Source: Alphaproteobacteria bacterium (GTDB lineage: Bacteria; Pseudomonadota; Alphaproteobacteria; UBA828). From it: DNA of 64,000 nt. Numbering within the stretch: position 1 is the first letter of the stretch; each line of letters opens with the position of its first letter. The notes beneath the pieces are model-generated. The model was not told the origin of the DNA. It saw nothing but the letters and a program-made list of their open reading frames with translations, and searched no databases. The DNA lies in contig JBFXKW010000013.1 in assembly GCA_050173345.1 (NCBI GenBank), positions 2,932 through 66,931 on the forward strand, read 5' to 3'. Positions 10,349-20,931 of this stretch are shown piece by piece. Both the position numbers and the translations under genes were made by a program.

Positions 10349-11761
10349 ATGTCAGCCCGGTCCGGCGGCAAGCCGCGAAATCATTTATTGCGGAGCGAGG
10401 CCGCGCCGGACAAGGGCACCCGCGGCCGGTTGCGCCGCGGCCTCCTCGGTATCGACCCGCCGCGGCGCAGCTCGATCCTGATCGCGGCGGCGTTCGCCGT
10501 GACCACCGCGCTCTGGATTGCCGCGCACCGCGACCATATCGGCGACACGAGCGATTTCTGGCCGTGGCGTGCGCTCTCCCAGCTCACCGTGCTATGGGCG
10601 ACCACGCTCATGGCCATCGCGATGCTCGCCGTGGTGCGCGCCCGCGCGCTCGAACCCATCTTCGCCGGCCTCGACCGCGCGGTCAGGCTGCATCGCTCGA
10701 TCGGCCTCGCGGCGCTCCTCCTGCTGGCCGCCCATGTCGCCTGCCTGGTGCTCATGGCGGCAAGGCGGGGCGAGGCCGTCGGCGACATGCTGGTGCCGTT
10801 CTGGTCGGCCGAGGCCCGCAGCATCGACATCCTGGTGTTCTACGCGCTCGCGCTGCTCGGCATCCTCGCCTACGACAAGCGCATGCGCTACGAACGCTGG
10901 CTGCTCGTCCATCGCTTCATCGGGCTGCTCCTGATCGCCGGCACCATCCACGCCGCGACCGAGCCCGGCACGATCCATGACTTCGAGCCGCTGCGCACCT
11001 GGGTCGTCCTGCTCATCCTGGTCGGCGCGGCGGCCTGGCTCTACCGCGTCTTCCTGTTCAACCGCTTCGGCCCGCTGCATCGCTACCGGCTGGAACAGGC
11101 GGCCGTGCGCGGCCAGGATTTCGTCGACCTCGTGATGCGCCCGGTCGAGCGGCGCATGATGTACGAGCCCGGCGCCTTCGTGTTCATCCGCGTGCCGTCG
11201 CTCGCCCGCCATGGCCGCGAGCTGCACCCGTTTTCGATTTCGTCCTCGCCGGTCGAGCGCGACCTGCGCGTCTCGATCCGCATGGTCGGCGACTTCACGC
11301 GGAACCTGCCGCAGCTTGCGCCGAACACGCCGATTTCCGTCTATGGGCCGTTCGGCGGCTTCACCCTGCAACGCTTCGCGTCCTACCGGCGCCTCGTCCT
11401 GATCGGCGCCGGCATCGGCATCACGCCGTTCCTCGGCATGCTGGCGTTCGAGCTGAGCAATCGCGACTTCCGGCGCATCTGGCTCTACTACGTCGTGCGC
11501 GACGAGGCGTCCGCGGTCCACGATGCGGAGATCCGCGAGAGTTACCTGAACGCCGAATCCTATATCGACTACTATCCCTGGCTGACCGCGCGCGACGGCC
11601 ATATCACGGCGAAGGCGGTCGCCGACCAGGTGGCGCCGCTCGACGACTACGCCGTGATGCTGTGCGGCCGCAGCCGCTTCGTCGCCGACCTGGCGCGGCA
11701 GTTCCGCGCGCTCGGGATCCCGAGCAGCCGGATCATCACCGAAGATTTGCAGTTCCGCTGA
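10349..11761 (+). CDS. Ferric-reductase-like transmembrane flavocytochrome (NOX/FRE family: bis-heme TM domain + FAD- and NAD-binding domains)
   Basis: Two His pairs spaced 13 apart in TM helices (LHRSIGLAALLLLAAHV; VHRFIGLLLIAGTIHA), HPFSISS FAD motif, GPFG and LIGAGIGITPF NAD(P) motifs. Start uncertain. Confidence 0.8.
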   Translation: MSARSGGKPRNHLLRSEAAPDKGTRGRLRRGLLGIDPPRRSSILIAAAFAVTTALWIAAHRDHIGDTSDFWPWRALSQLTVLWATTLMAIAMLAVVRARALEPIFAGLDRAVRLHRSIGLAALLLLAAHVACLVLMAARRGEAVGDMLVPFWSAEARSIDILVFYALALLGILAYDKRMRYERWLLVHRFIGLLLIAGTIHAATEPGTIHDFEPLRTWVVLLILVGAAAWLYRVFLFNRFGPLHRYRLEQAAVRGQDFVDLVMRPVERRMMYEPGAFVFIRVPSLARHGRELHPFSISSSPVERDLRVSIRMVGDFTRNLPQLAPNTPISVYGPFGGFTLQRFASYRRLVLIGAGIGITPFLGMLAFELSNRDFRRIWLYYVVRDEASAVHDAEIRESYLNAESYIDYYPWLTARDGHITAKAVADQVAPLDDYAVMLCGRSRFVADLARQFRALGIPSSRIITEDLQFR

Positions 11762-11767
11762 TCTGCG

Positions 11768-12775
11768 CTATCGCTTCGGCAGCGGCCTTGCGCTGGCCTC
11801 GACCAGCGGCGCGAGCGGGGATTCGGGCCGCGCGCCGAAATGGCCGATCACCTCGGCCGCGGCGAGCGCGCCGAGCCGGCCGCAGCGTGCGAGGTCGAAG
11901 CCGTTGGCGAGGCCATAGAGGAAGCCCGCCGCGTAGAAGTCGCCGGCGCCCGTGGTATCGACCACGCGCGCGACCGGCGCCGCGTCAATGACGTGCAGCT
12001 CGTCGCCGCTCACCACGACCGCGCCCTTCTCGCTCCTGGTAAGCGCCGCCACCTCGCAATGGCCGCGCACCTGCTGCAACGCCTTGTCGAACTCGTCCGC
12101 CTCGTAGAGCGAGCGGAGCTCTGCCTCGTTGGCGAACAGGATGTCGACCTCGTCCTTGATCAGCTTGAGGAAGTCCGCGCGATGGCGATCCACGCAGAAC
12201 GGGTCGGAGAGCGAGAGCGCGACCTTGCGGCCGTTGCTATGGGCATGGCTGACCGCCTGGCGGAAGGCCTCCTTGGCGGCCGGCTTGTCCCACAGATAGC
12301 CTTCGAGATAGGTGATCTTGGCGGCGGCGATCAGGTTGATCTGCAGATCGTCCGGGCCGAAATCCGTGCTCGCGCCGAGGAAGGTGTTCATGGTGCGCTG
12401 CGCGTCCGGCGTGACCAGGATGAGGCAGCGCGCCGTCGCCGCGCCCGAGTTCGCGTAGGAGCTGTCGAACGTCACGCCCGAGGCGCGGATGTCGTGCGCG
12501 AAGACGCGCCCGAGCGTATCGTCCTTCACCTTGCCGATATAGGCCGCGCGGCCGCCGAGCCCGGCGAGCGCCACCATGCTGTTGGCCGCCGAGCCGCCGG
12601 AACATTCGAGGCCCGGCCCCATCTCGCCATAGAGCCGCTCCGCCGTCTCCTCGTCGATCAGCCGCATGGCGCCCTTGTCGAGCCCGTGGCGGATCAGAAA
12701 CGCATCGTCGGCGTTGGAGATCACGTCGACGATCGCATTGCCGATGCCGACCACGTCGAGCCTGGAGTCGCTCAT
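11768..12775 (-). CDS. Adenosine kinase / PfkB-family carbohydrate kinase
   Basis: PfkB signatures (VVGIGNAIVDV ... DTTGAGDFYAAGFLYG). Confidence 0.85.
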   Translation of the reverse strand: MSDSRLDVVGIGNAIVDVISNADDAFLIRHGLDKGAMRLIDEETAERLYGEMGPGLECSGGSAANSMVALAGLGGRAAYIGKVKDDTLGRVFAHDIRASGVTFDSSYANSGAATARCLILVTPDAQRTMNTFLGASTDFGPDDLQINLIAAAKITYLEGYLWDKPAAKEAFRQAVSHAHSNGRKVALSLSDPFCVDRHRADFLKLIKDEVDILFANEAELRSLYEADEFDKALQQVRGHCEVAALTRSEKGAVVVSGDELHVIDAAPVARVVDTTGAGDFYAAGFLYGLANGFDLARCGRLGALAAAEVIGHFGARPESPLAPLVEASARPLPKR

Positions 12776-12925
12776 GAGGGGACAAACTCCTTGTTATTCC
12801 GCAAGATGGGGCGAGCGACTATAGGGGCCGCGGCGCGCCCGCCTCAAGGCCGAAGCGCGCCGGCGGCGGGTCGGCCGGCAGCCTGTCTCTCGTCCTTCGG
12901 CGGGCTCGGGACGAGGCCTATAACC

Positions 12926-12965
12926 AAAGCCCTCATGCCGAGCCCGTCGAAGCATGAGGGCACCC
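12926..12965. repeat. Family-2 repeat fragment (right arm only: ccctcatgccgagcccgtcgaagcatgaggg)
   Basis: Matches the right half of the elements at 16412-16492, 33346-33415 and 44507-44596. Confidence 0.6.
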
Positions 12966-12993
12966 GTAAGCCATCAGGGGACGACCAATCGCC

Positions 12994-13719
12994 ATGATCC
13001 GCGCGCTCGCCCTCGCCTTCGGCCAGCTCGACGACCCGCCGGTGCGCCGCGTGCTGTTTTATACCGTGCTGCTCACGCTCGCGATCGCGGGCGCGCTGAT
13101 CGGCATCGTCGCCGGCCTGCTTTCGGCCTTCGACGTTTCCGGCCTCGGCTGGCTGGACAACCTGATCACGCTGTTCGGCGGGCTCGCCGCCGCGCTGATC
13201 GCCTGGATGCTGTTCCCCGCGATCGCGACGCAAGTGATCTTTCTGTTTCTTGACGTGATCGCGGATGCGGTCGAAGCCCGGCACTATCCGAATCTACCGC
13301 GCGCCAAGCCGGCGTCGCTCTGGGCCTACACGCTCGCCGGCATCCGGCTCGGCGTCATCATGCTGCTGGTCAACATTCTGATTTTGCCGATCTCTCTCAT
13401 CCCCGGGCTGAACTTGGTGCACCCGGTTCTCTACTACGCGATCAACGGCGTGCTGATCGGGCGGGAGTACATCGAGGTGATCGCGCCGCGCCGCATGAGC
13501 TTTCGCGAGACACACATTTTGCGCAGGCGTCATCGCTTCAAAATATTTGTCTCCGGTGTCGTGATCGCCTTATTGTTCACCATCCCGGTGCTGAACTTGA
13601 TCGCACCGATCATCGCCACGGCGTTCATGGTCCACGTCTTCCACGGCCTCAAGCCGAACGCGGCGACGACGGCCAAGCAGAACGGAAGCGCGCGAACGCC
13701 CGAGCCGACGGAGGGTTGA
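12994..13719 (+). CDS. CysZ/EI24-family membrane protein (putative sulfate transporter CysZ-like)
   Basis: 241 aa, 4-5 TM helices, EI24/CysZ-like layout. Confidence 0.6.
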   Translation: MIRALALAFGQLDDPPVRRVLFYTVLLTLAIAGALIGIVAGLLSAFDVSGLGWLDNLITLFGGLAAALIAWMLFPAIATQVIFLFLDVIADAVEARHYPNLPRAKPASLWAYTLAGIRLGVIMLLVNILILPISLIPGLNLVHPVLYYAINGVLIGREYIEVIAPRRMSFRETHILRRRHRFKIFVSGVVIALLFTIPVLNLIAPIIATAFMVHVFHGLKPNAATTAKQNGSARTPEPTEG

Positions 13720-13720
13720 C

Positions 13721-14317
13721 ATGTTCCGGCGCAACCGCAGCGACAGCGACGAATCCAAGAGCGAGGCTACGAGCACGGTCCAGCAACTGGACAGCAACAA
13801 GCTGCGCCAGCTGCCCCAGGTTCCCGGCCGGCCCGGCGTGGCGACCTTCCACCCCGACGTGCCGAACCGGCCGGCGGCGGCGGCGCAGCAGCCCTACAAC
13901 CCGCCGCCCGCGCCCGAGCAGGTCGGCCGCGACGGCGGCGAGAGCAAGCGCCTCACGGTCGGCCGCGACATCACGCTGTCGGGCGAGATCCTCGATTGCG
14001 AGCGGCTTACCGTCGAAGGCACGGTGCACGCCAAGCTGTCGAGCGCGCGGCTGCTCGAGATCGCCAAGGGCGGCCAGTTCCACGGCGCGGTCAACATCGA
14101 GAACGCCGAGATCGCGGGCACCTTCGAGGGCGAGCTGACGGTGCGCAACCGGCTGCACATCCATGCCTCGGGCCGCGTCTTCGGCAAGGTGCGCTACGGC
14201 CAGCTCGAGGTCGAACGCGGCGGCCGGCTGACCGGCGACATCGCGCACGATGCCGAGCACCATGAGGGCGAGGTCAAACCGGTCGAGGTGGCGGTGCCCG
14301 AGGCGCGCGGCGCCTGA
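13721..14317 (+). CDS. Bactofilin-family cytoskeletal protein
   Basis: Repetitive beta-helical DUF583 motifs (ITLSGEI...RLTVEGTV...AEIAGTFEGELTV...RLHIHASGRVFGKV...LEVERGGRLTGDI) after a ~80-aa Pro-rich N-terminal extension. Confidence 0.8.
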   Translation: MFRRNRSDSDESKSEATSTVQQLDSNKLRQLPQVPGRPGVATFHPDVPNRPAAAAQQPYNPPPAPEQVGRDGGESKRLTVGRDITLSGEILDCERLTVEGTVHAKLSSARLLEIAKGGQFHGAVNIENAEIAGTFEGELTVRNRLHIHASGRVFGKVRYGQLEVERGGRLTGDIAHDAEHHEGEVKPVEVAVPEARGA

Positions 14318-14325
14318 GGCGTCCG

Positions 14326-14420
14326 GAGCACGATCCGATCGGATTGAGCCGGCCTGATCTGTAATTCGTGCTCTAATCTGTTGAAAAAAGCAGGATTCAG
14401 CGTAGAGATGGAGTCGTTTT
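14326..14420. repeat. Family-3 structured repeat, rearranged copy (gatggagtcg ttttg cgactccatc hairpin; cgtgctctaatctgttgaaaaaagcagg is the inverse of cctgctctattcaacaagttagagcacg at 8193-8220)
   Basis: Seen in sequence. Confidence 0.75.
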
Positions 14421-14484
14421 GCGACTCCATCTCAAACAACCTTGCACTGGCCGTCGCGGCCCCGTCTTGACGAGCGGGAGGCTT

Positions 14485-14988
14485 GTGCTTCGGCGCGGCC
14501 GCGCCGCGTTCCTGCTTGCGCCATGGCTGCTCGCGGGCTGCTTCCCGGCCGATTCGGCCCGTGCCCCGGCGCCCGAGTTGCTGCGGCCGCCGGTCGCCAG
14601 CCTCGACACGGTCAAGCTCGACCCTGCGGCGAGCCCCGCTGCCACTATGTCGCCGGCGACGGCCGGGCAGGAGGCCGAGGCGGCGGCGCCCGGGCCCGAG
14701 CTGCTGAGCGGCCTCGACCGCGCCGGCCTGCGCCAGACGCTCGGCACGCCGACCCTGCAGCGGCGCGAAGCAGGCGCCGAGGTCTGGCAGTACCAGGCCG
14801 AATCCTGCGTGATGGACGCCTTCCTCTACGCGACGCCCGAGAGCGAGGGCGAGCCGCGGGTTACGTACGTCGAGCTCAGGCGCAACGGCGTCGCCATCCT
14901 GACCGACCCCGGCGAGCGCCGCGACTGCTACGCCGAGCTCGCCGCCACCGGCCGCCGCGATGCCGCCTTCACCGGCGACGAACCCTGA
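14485..14988 (+). CDS. Hypothetical lipoprotein
   Basis: GTG start 5 nt after GGGAGG. Lipobox LLAGC. Conserved-looking C-terminal domain. Confidence 0.55.
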   Translation: MLRRGRAAFLLAPWLLAGCFPADSARAPAPELLRPPVASLDTVKLDPAASPAATMSPATAGQEAEAAAPGPELLSGLDRAGLRQTLGTPTLQRREAGAEVWQYQAESCVMDAFLYATPESEGEPRVTYVELRRNGVAILTDPGERRDCYAELAATGRRDAAFTGDEP

Positions 14989-15065
14989 CGCGACGCCGGC
15001 GCTCCACGTTTCCCCTTGAGTCTCGGCTTGGCCGAAGTCGCAGCGATACGCGCCCACATTTCAAT

Positions 15066-15158
15066 CGTCATGCCCCGGCTTGACCGGGGCATCCAGGGGC
15101 GTCGGCACAGCGGTTGTCGAGGAAGACTGGATTGCCCGGTCAAGCCGGGCAATGACGA
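15066..15158. repeat. Family-1 palindromic repeat element copy
   Basis: cgtcatgccccggcttgaccggggcatccagg ... ctggattgcccggtcaagccgggcaatgacga. Between convergent lipoprotein gene and nth. Confidence 0.85.
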
Positions 15159-15174
15159 AAAGTATTGGCCTTCC

Positions 15175-15813
15175 CTACGCCGCGAGCACCTTGCCCTTGA
15201 AGGCGCAGAGGTCGTTGACCACGCAGGCCGGGCAGTTCGGCTTGCGCGCGGTGCAGACATAGCGGCCGTGCAGGATCAGCCAGTGATGGGCGTGGCGCTT
15301 GTAGGCGTCCGGCACCACCTTGACGAGCTTGTCCTCGACCTCGCGCGGCGTCTTGCCGGGCGCGAGCCCGGTGCGGTTGGCGAGCCGGAAGACGTGGGTG
15401 TCGACCGCGATGGTGGGCTCGTCATAGAGCGTGTTGAGCATGATGTTGGCGGTCTTGCGCCCGACGCCGGGCAGGGCTTCGAGCGCCTCGCGGGTGCGCG
15501 GCACCTTGCCGCCATGCTGCTCCACCAGCGCCTTCGAGAGCGCCATGATGTTCTTGGCCTTCGCATTGTAGAGCCCGATCGTGCGGATGTGCTGCTTGAG
15601 CCCCGCCTCGCCGAGCTTGAGCATCTTCTCGGGCGAATCCGTCTTGTCGAACAGCTTCACGGTCGCCTTGTTGACGCCGGCATCGGTCGCCTGGGCCGAG
15701 AGCACCACCGCGACGAGCAGCGTATAGGGATTCTTGTAGGTGAGTTCGGTCGAAGGGTCCGGATTCCGCTCGGCAAGGCGGCGAAAGAACTCCTCGACGG
15801 CGGCACGCTTCAT
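15175..15813 (-). CDS. nth: Endonuclease III (DNA glycosylase / AP lyase)
   Basis: HhH-GPD motif (LPGVGRKTANI), 4Fe-4S Cys cluster C-x6-C-x2-C-x5-C at the C-terminus. Confidence 0.9.
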   Translation of the reverse strand: MKRAAVEEFFRRLAERNPDPSTELTYKNPYTLLVAVVLSAQATDAGVNKATVKLFDKTDSPEKMLKLGEAGLKQHIRTIGLYNAKAKNIMALSKALVEQHGGKVPRTREALEALPGVGRKTANIMLNTLYDEPTIAVDTHVFRLANRTGLAPGKTPREVEDKLVKVVPDAYKRHAHHWLILHGRYVCTARKPNCPACVVNDLCAFKGKVLAA

Positions 15814-15893
15814 GCCCGCACAATACCGCGTTTGCGCCGTGCGCGAATAGGGCAAGGCTTGGTTCGCGCAAAGGCGCCGGCTATCTTCCCGCC

Positions 15894-16394
15894 ATGAGCC
15901 CGTTGCCCGTCAGCGATGCGGGGTCAGCCCCCGCCTACCTGTTCGACGCGCTCTTGACGCCGAGCCGGTCGCTGCCGCGTGCCGGCTTCATCGCGGTGAT
16001 GGCGGGGGTGACGCTCGTCTCGGTCGGGCTCGGCAGCTATTTCGTGCTGCACGGCGCCTGGCCGGTGTTCGGCTTCTTCGGGCTCGACGTGGCGCTGCTC
16101 TACCTCGCCTTCCGCCTCAGCTACCGCAGCGGCCGCTCCAGCGAGATCGTGCGCCTGACGCCGGAGAGCCTCCTGGTGCGGCGCACCGACAGCCGCGGCA
16201 AGGCGCGCGAATGGCGCTTCAACCCGTTCTGGGTGCGGGTCGAGATCGACGAGCCGGAAAGCCACGATGCGCGGCTCATGCTGACCTCGCACGGCGAGCG
16301 GCTCGAGATCGCGGCCTTCCTCTCGCCGGCCGAGCGGCTCGACTTCGCGGGCGCGCTGCGCGCCGCGCTGCAGGGCTGCCGGCGCAGCGGGTAG
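15894..16394 (+). CDS. DUF2244-family integral membrane protein
   Basis: 166 aa, two TM helices. Conserved alphaproteobacterial family of unknown function. Confidence 0.55.
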   Translation: MSPLPVSDAGSAPAYLFDALLTPSRSLPRAGFIAVMAGVTLVSVGLGSYFVLHGAWPVFGFFGLDVALLYLAFRLSYRSGRSSEIVRLTPESLLVRRTDSRGKAREWRFNPFWVRVEIDEPESHDARLMLTSHGERLEIAAFLSPAERLDFAGALRAALQGCRRSG

Positions 16395-16411
16395 CGAGTC
16401 GGTTTTTCGTC

Positions 16412-16492
16412 CCCATCCTTCGACAAGCTCAGGATGAGGCCGAAAAACAAAGTCCTCATGCTGAGCTTGTCGAAGCATGAGAGCAGACTGAC
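16412..16492. repeat. Family-2 palindromic repeat (tcatCCTTCGACAAGCTCAGGATGAGGccgaaaaacaaagtCCTCATGCTGAGCTTGTCGAAGcatga)
   Basis: ~27-bp arms around an A-rich loop. Between convergent DUF2244 gene and dapB. Confidence 0.85.
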
Positions 16493-16512
16493 AGACTGCC
16501 GGCGCGCCGCCC

Positions 16513-17328
16513 TCAACTGATCCCGACCACGTCCGCCATCGTGTAGAGGCCGGGCGGCCTGCCCTTGGCCCAGAGCGCCGCGCGCACCGCGCCGCGCGCG
16601 TAGATTTGCCGGCCGGCCGCCTTATGGGTAAGTTCGAGCCGCTCGCCGTCGGCCGCGAAGATCACGCTGTGGTCGCCCACCACGTCGCCGCCGCGCAGCG
16701 CCGCGAAGCCGATCGCGCCGCGTGCCCGCGCCCCGGTCATGCCGTCGCGCCCGTGCACCGCGACGTCCTCGAGCCGCACGTCGCGGCCGCGCGCCGCGGC
16801 GCGGCCGAGCCCGAGCGCGGTGCCTGACGGCGCGTCCACCTTGTGGCGGTGATGCATCTCGACGATCTCGATGTCGTAGTCCGGCCCGAGCACGCCCGCC
16901 ACCTTCTCGGTCAGCGCCATCAGCAGCGTGACGCAGATGCTCATGTTGGGCGCCTGGACGATCGGGCAGCGCTTCGCAGCGGCGGCGATCGCGGCGAGCT
17001 GATCGGCGTCGTGCCCGGTGGTGCCGAGCACCAGGATCTTGCCGAAGCGCGCGGCGAGCGCGGCATGCTCGGCGCTGATCGCGGCCGCCGTGAAGTCGAG
17101 CACGGCGTCGGCCTCGGAGAACAGCCGCGCGGCATCGTCGCCAACCGCGACGCCGAGCCGGCCGATGCCCGCAAGCTCGCCGGCATCGCGGCCGATGGCC
17201 TCATGGCCGGGCGCCTCGCTCGCGCCGGCGAGCGAACAGCCCTCGGTCGCGGCCACCTCGCGCACCAGCATGGCGCCCATGCGCCCGGCCGCGCCGGTGA
17301 CGCCGATGAGAAGATCGGATGAAGCCAT
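16513..17328 (-). CDS. dapB: 4-hydroxy-tetrahydrodipicolinate reductase
   Basis: N-terminal GxxGxxG (IGVTGAAGRMG) and the conserved E(I/V)xExHHxxKxDxPSGTA block. Confidence 0.9.
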   Translation of the reverse strand: MASSDLLIGVTGAAGRMGAMLVREVAATEGCSLAGASEAPGHEAIGRDAGELAGIGRLGVAVGDDAARLFSEADAVLDFTAAAISAEHAALAARFGKILVLGTTGHDADQLAAIAAAAKRCPIVQAPNMSICVTLLMALTEKVAGVLGPDYDIEIVEMHHRHKVDAPSGTALGLGRAAARGRDVRLEDVAVHGRDGMTGARARGAIGFAALRGGDVVGDHSVIFAADGERLELTHKAAGRQIYARGAVRAALWAKGRPPGLYTMADVVGIS

Positions 17329-17429
17329 GCCGCCCCCTTTCCCGCTCAAGCGAGGCGAAAGGGTAAGGGCTTAGGTGGGAAAGCGGAAGCGGGCTACGAC
17401 GATGATGCGCGGCAGCGTTATCTCTCGAT

Positions 17430-17555
17430 CGTCATGCCCCGCGCAGGCGGGGCATCCAGGAATCCTTGGCAACCGCCATGCCGCCGCCCCTGGATGCCCC
17501 GATCAAGTCGGGGCATGACGAAGGAAGATGGCCCCCGCCTGCGCGGGGCATGACG
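17430..17555. repeat. Family-1 repeat, composite three-arm copy
   Basis: arm1 cgtcatgccccgcgcaggcggggcatccagg; arm2 ctggatgccccgatcaagtcggggcatgacg; plus an extra inverted duplicate of arm1 (gcccccgcctgcgcggggcatgacg). Confidence 0.8.
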
Positions 17556-17567
17556 CGGAAAGATGCG

Positions 17568-18719
17568 TCACTCCTTCAGATCCTGCCAGAACTCCTTCAT
17601 GCGGGCGAAGAAGCCTTCGGATTCCGGGCTGGTCGAACGGGTGCCGGCCTTGTTGAACTCCTCCAGCAGCTCGCGCTGGCGCTTGTTGAGGTTGACCGGC
17701 GTCTCGACCTTGACCTCGACGTAGAGGTCGCCCTGGCCGGCGCCGCGCAGCGCCGGCATGCCCTTGCCGCGCAGCCTGAACTGATGGCCCGACTGGGTGC
17801 CGGCCGGCACGGTGATGCGGGCACGGCCGCCCTCGAGCGCGGGCACCTCGACCGCGCCGCCGAGCGCCGCCGTGGTCATCGGGATCGGCACCCGGCAATA
17901 GAGGTTGAGCCCGTCGCGCTTGAAGAGGGGGTTCGGCTTGACGGTGAGGAAGATGTAGAGGTCGCCGGGCGGCGCGCCGCGCAGGCCCGCCTCGCCCTCG
18001 TCCGCGAGGCGGATGCGGGTGCCGCTCTCGACGCCCGGCGGGATGTCCACCGAGAGGTGCTTCTCCTTCTGCACGCGGCCCTGGCCGCGGCAGATCTCGC
18101 ACGGGTTCGCGATGATCTCGCCGGCGCCCTGGCAGGTCGGGCAGGTGCGCTCGATGGTGAAGAAGCCCTGCTGGGCGCGCACCTTGCCGACGCCGCCGCA
18201 GGTCGCGCAGGTCTCGGGCTTGGCGCCGGCCTTGGCGCCGCTGCCCTTGCAGGTCTCGCAGGCGACCGAGGTGGGCACGCGGATGCGCACCTTCTTGCCG
18301 GCAAACGCCTCCTGCAGCGAGATTTCGAGGTTGTAGCGCAGGTCCGCGCCGCGCGCCGGGCCACGCCGGCCGCCGCCGCCGCGCCGCTGGCCCATGAACT
18401 CGCCGAACAGGTCGTCGAACACGTCGGCGAAGCTCGAGCGGAAGTCGCCGCCGAAGCCGAAGCCGCCAGGGCCGCCGCCGGCCGCCGCGCCGGCCTCGAA
18501 GGCGGCATGGCCCACATTGTCGTACTGCGCGCGCTTGTCCTTGTCGGAAAGGACGGCATAGGCCTCGCCGACCTCCTTGAAGCTCTGCTCCGCCGCCTTG
18601 TCACCCGGATTGCGGTCCGGGTGATACTTCATCGCGAGCTTGCGGTAGGCCTTCTTGACGTCTTCGAGGCTGGCGTCGCGCGAGACGCCGAGCCGCTCGT
18701 AATAGTCCTTGCTCGCCAT
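17568..18719 (-). CDS. dnaJ: Molecular chaperone DnaJ
   Basis: J-domain with HPD ([10 protein letters not shown]), G/F-rich region, four CxxCxGxG zinc-finger repeats. Confidence 0.95.
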   Translation of the reverse strand: MASKDYYERLGVSRDASLEDVKKAYRKLAMKYHPDRNPGDKAAEQSFKEVGEAYAVLSDKDKRAQYDNVGHAAFEAGAAAGGGPGGFGFGGDFRSSFADVFDDLFGEFMGQRRGGGGRRGPARGADLRYNLEISLQEAFAGKKVRIRVPTSVACETCKGSGAKAGAKPETCATCGGVGKVRAQQGFFTIERTCPTCQGAGEIIANPCEICRGQGRVQKEKHLSVDIPPGVESGTRIRLADEGEAGLRGAPPGDLYIFLTVKPNPLFKRDGLNLYCRVPIPMTTAALGGAVEVPALEGGRARITVPAGTQSGHQFRLRGKGMPALRGAGQGDLYVEVKVETPVNLNKRQRELLEEFNKAGTRSTSPESEGFFARMKEFWQDLKE

Positions 18720-18814
18720 GATCGAGCGCCTCCGGGCCTAGAGATGGGACCGGGCGGCGCGCGATCCGCGTGCCGCCCGGCATCGTTCCCGCATCGGGGA
18801 AGCGACGCCCCGCC

Positions 18815-20761
<1,947 letters not shown>

Positions 20762-20865
20762 GTTACCCTACCTTCCAGCAGGCCCGGGGCGGCCACGAAC
20801 GGCACCGCCCCTGCCCCCAATGGGTCTCGCTCCGCGCTGAATGCGCGGGTTTTTACATCCGTCGC

Positions 20866-20897
20866 CATATATTGGGGGCGGATTCGCCTCTCGCAAG
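20866..20897 (-). promoter_or_regulatory. Putative RpoH (sigma32)-type heat-shock promoter for dnaKJ
   Basis: On the minus strand: CTTGCGA-N12-CCCCAATAT, about 100 nt upstream of the dnaK ATG. Spacing slightly short of the canonical 13-15. Confidence 0.4.
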
Positions 20898-20931
20898 GTG
20901 ATCCGCCGCCCGGAAACCGCTGGTTCACGGC

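Noticed and set aside
14194-15057. 287-aa minus ORF overlapping the lipoprotein gene and the family-3 repeat
   Set aside because: Its translation runs through repeat sequence (ESQNDSISTLNPAFF...) and is low-complexity. The plus-strand lipoprotein has an SD, a lipobox and a plausible domain.
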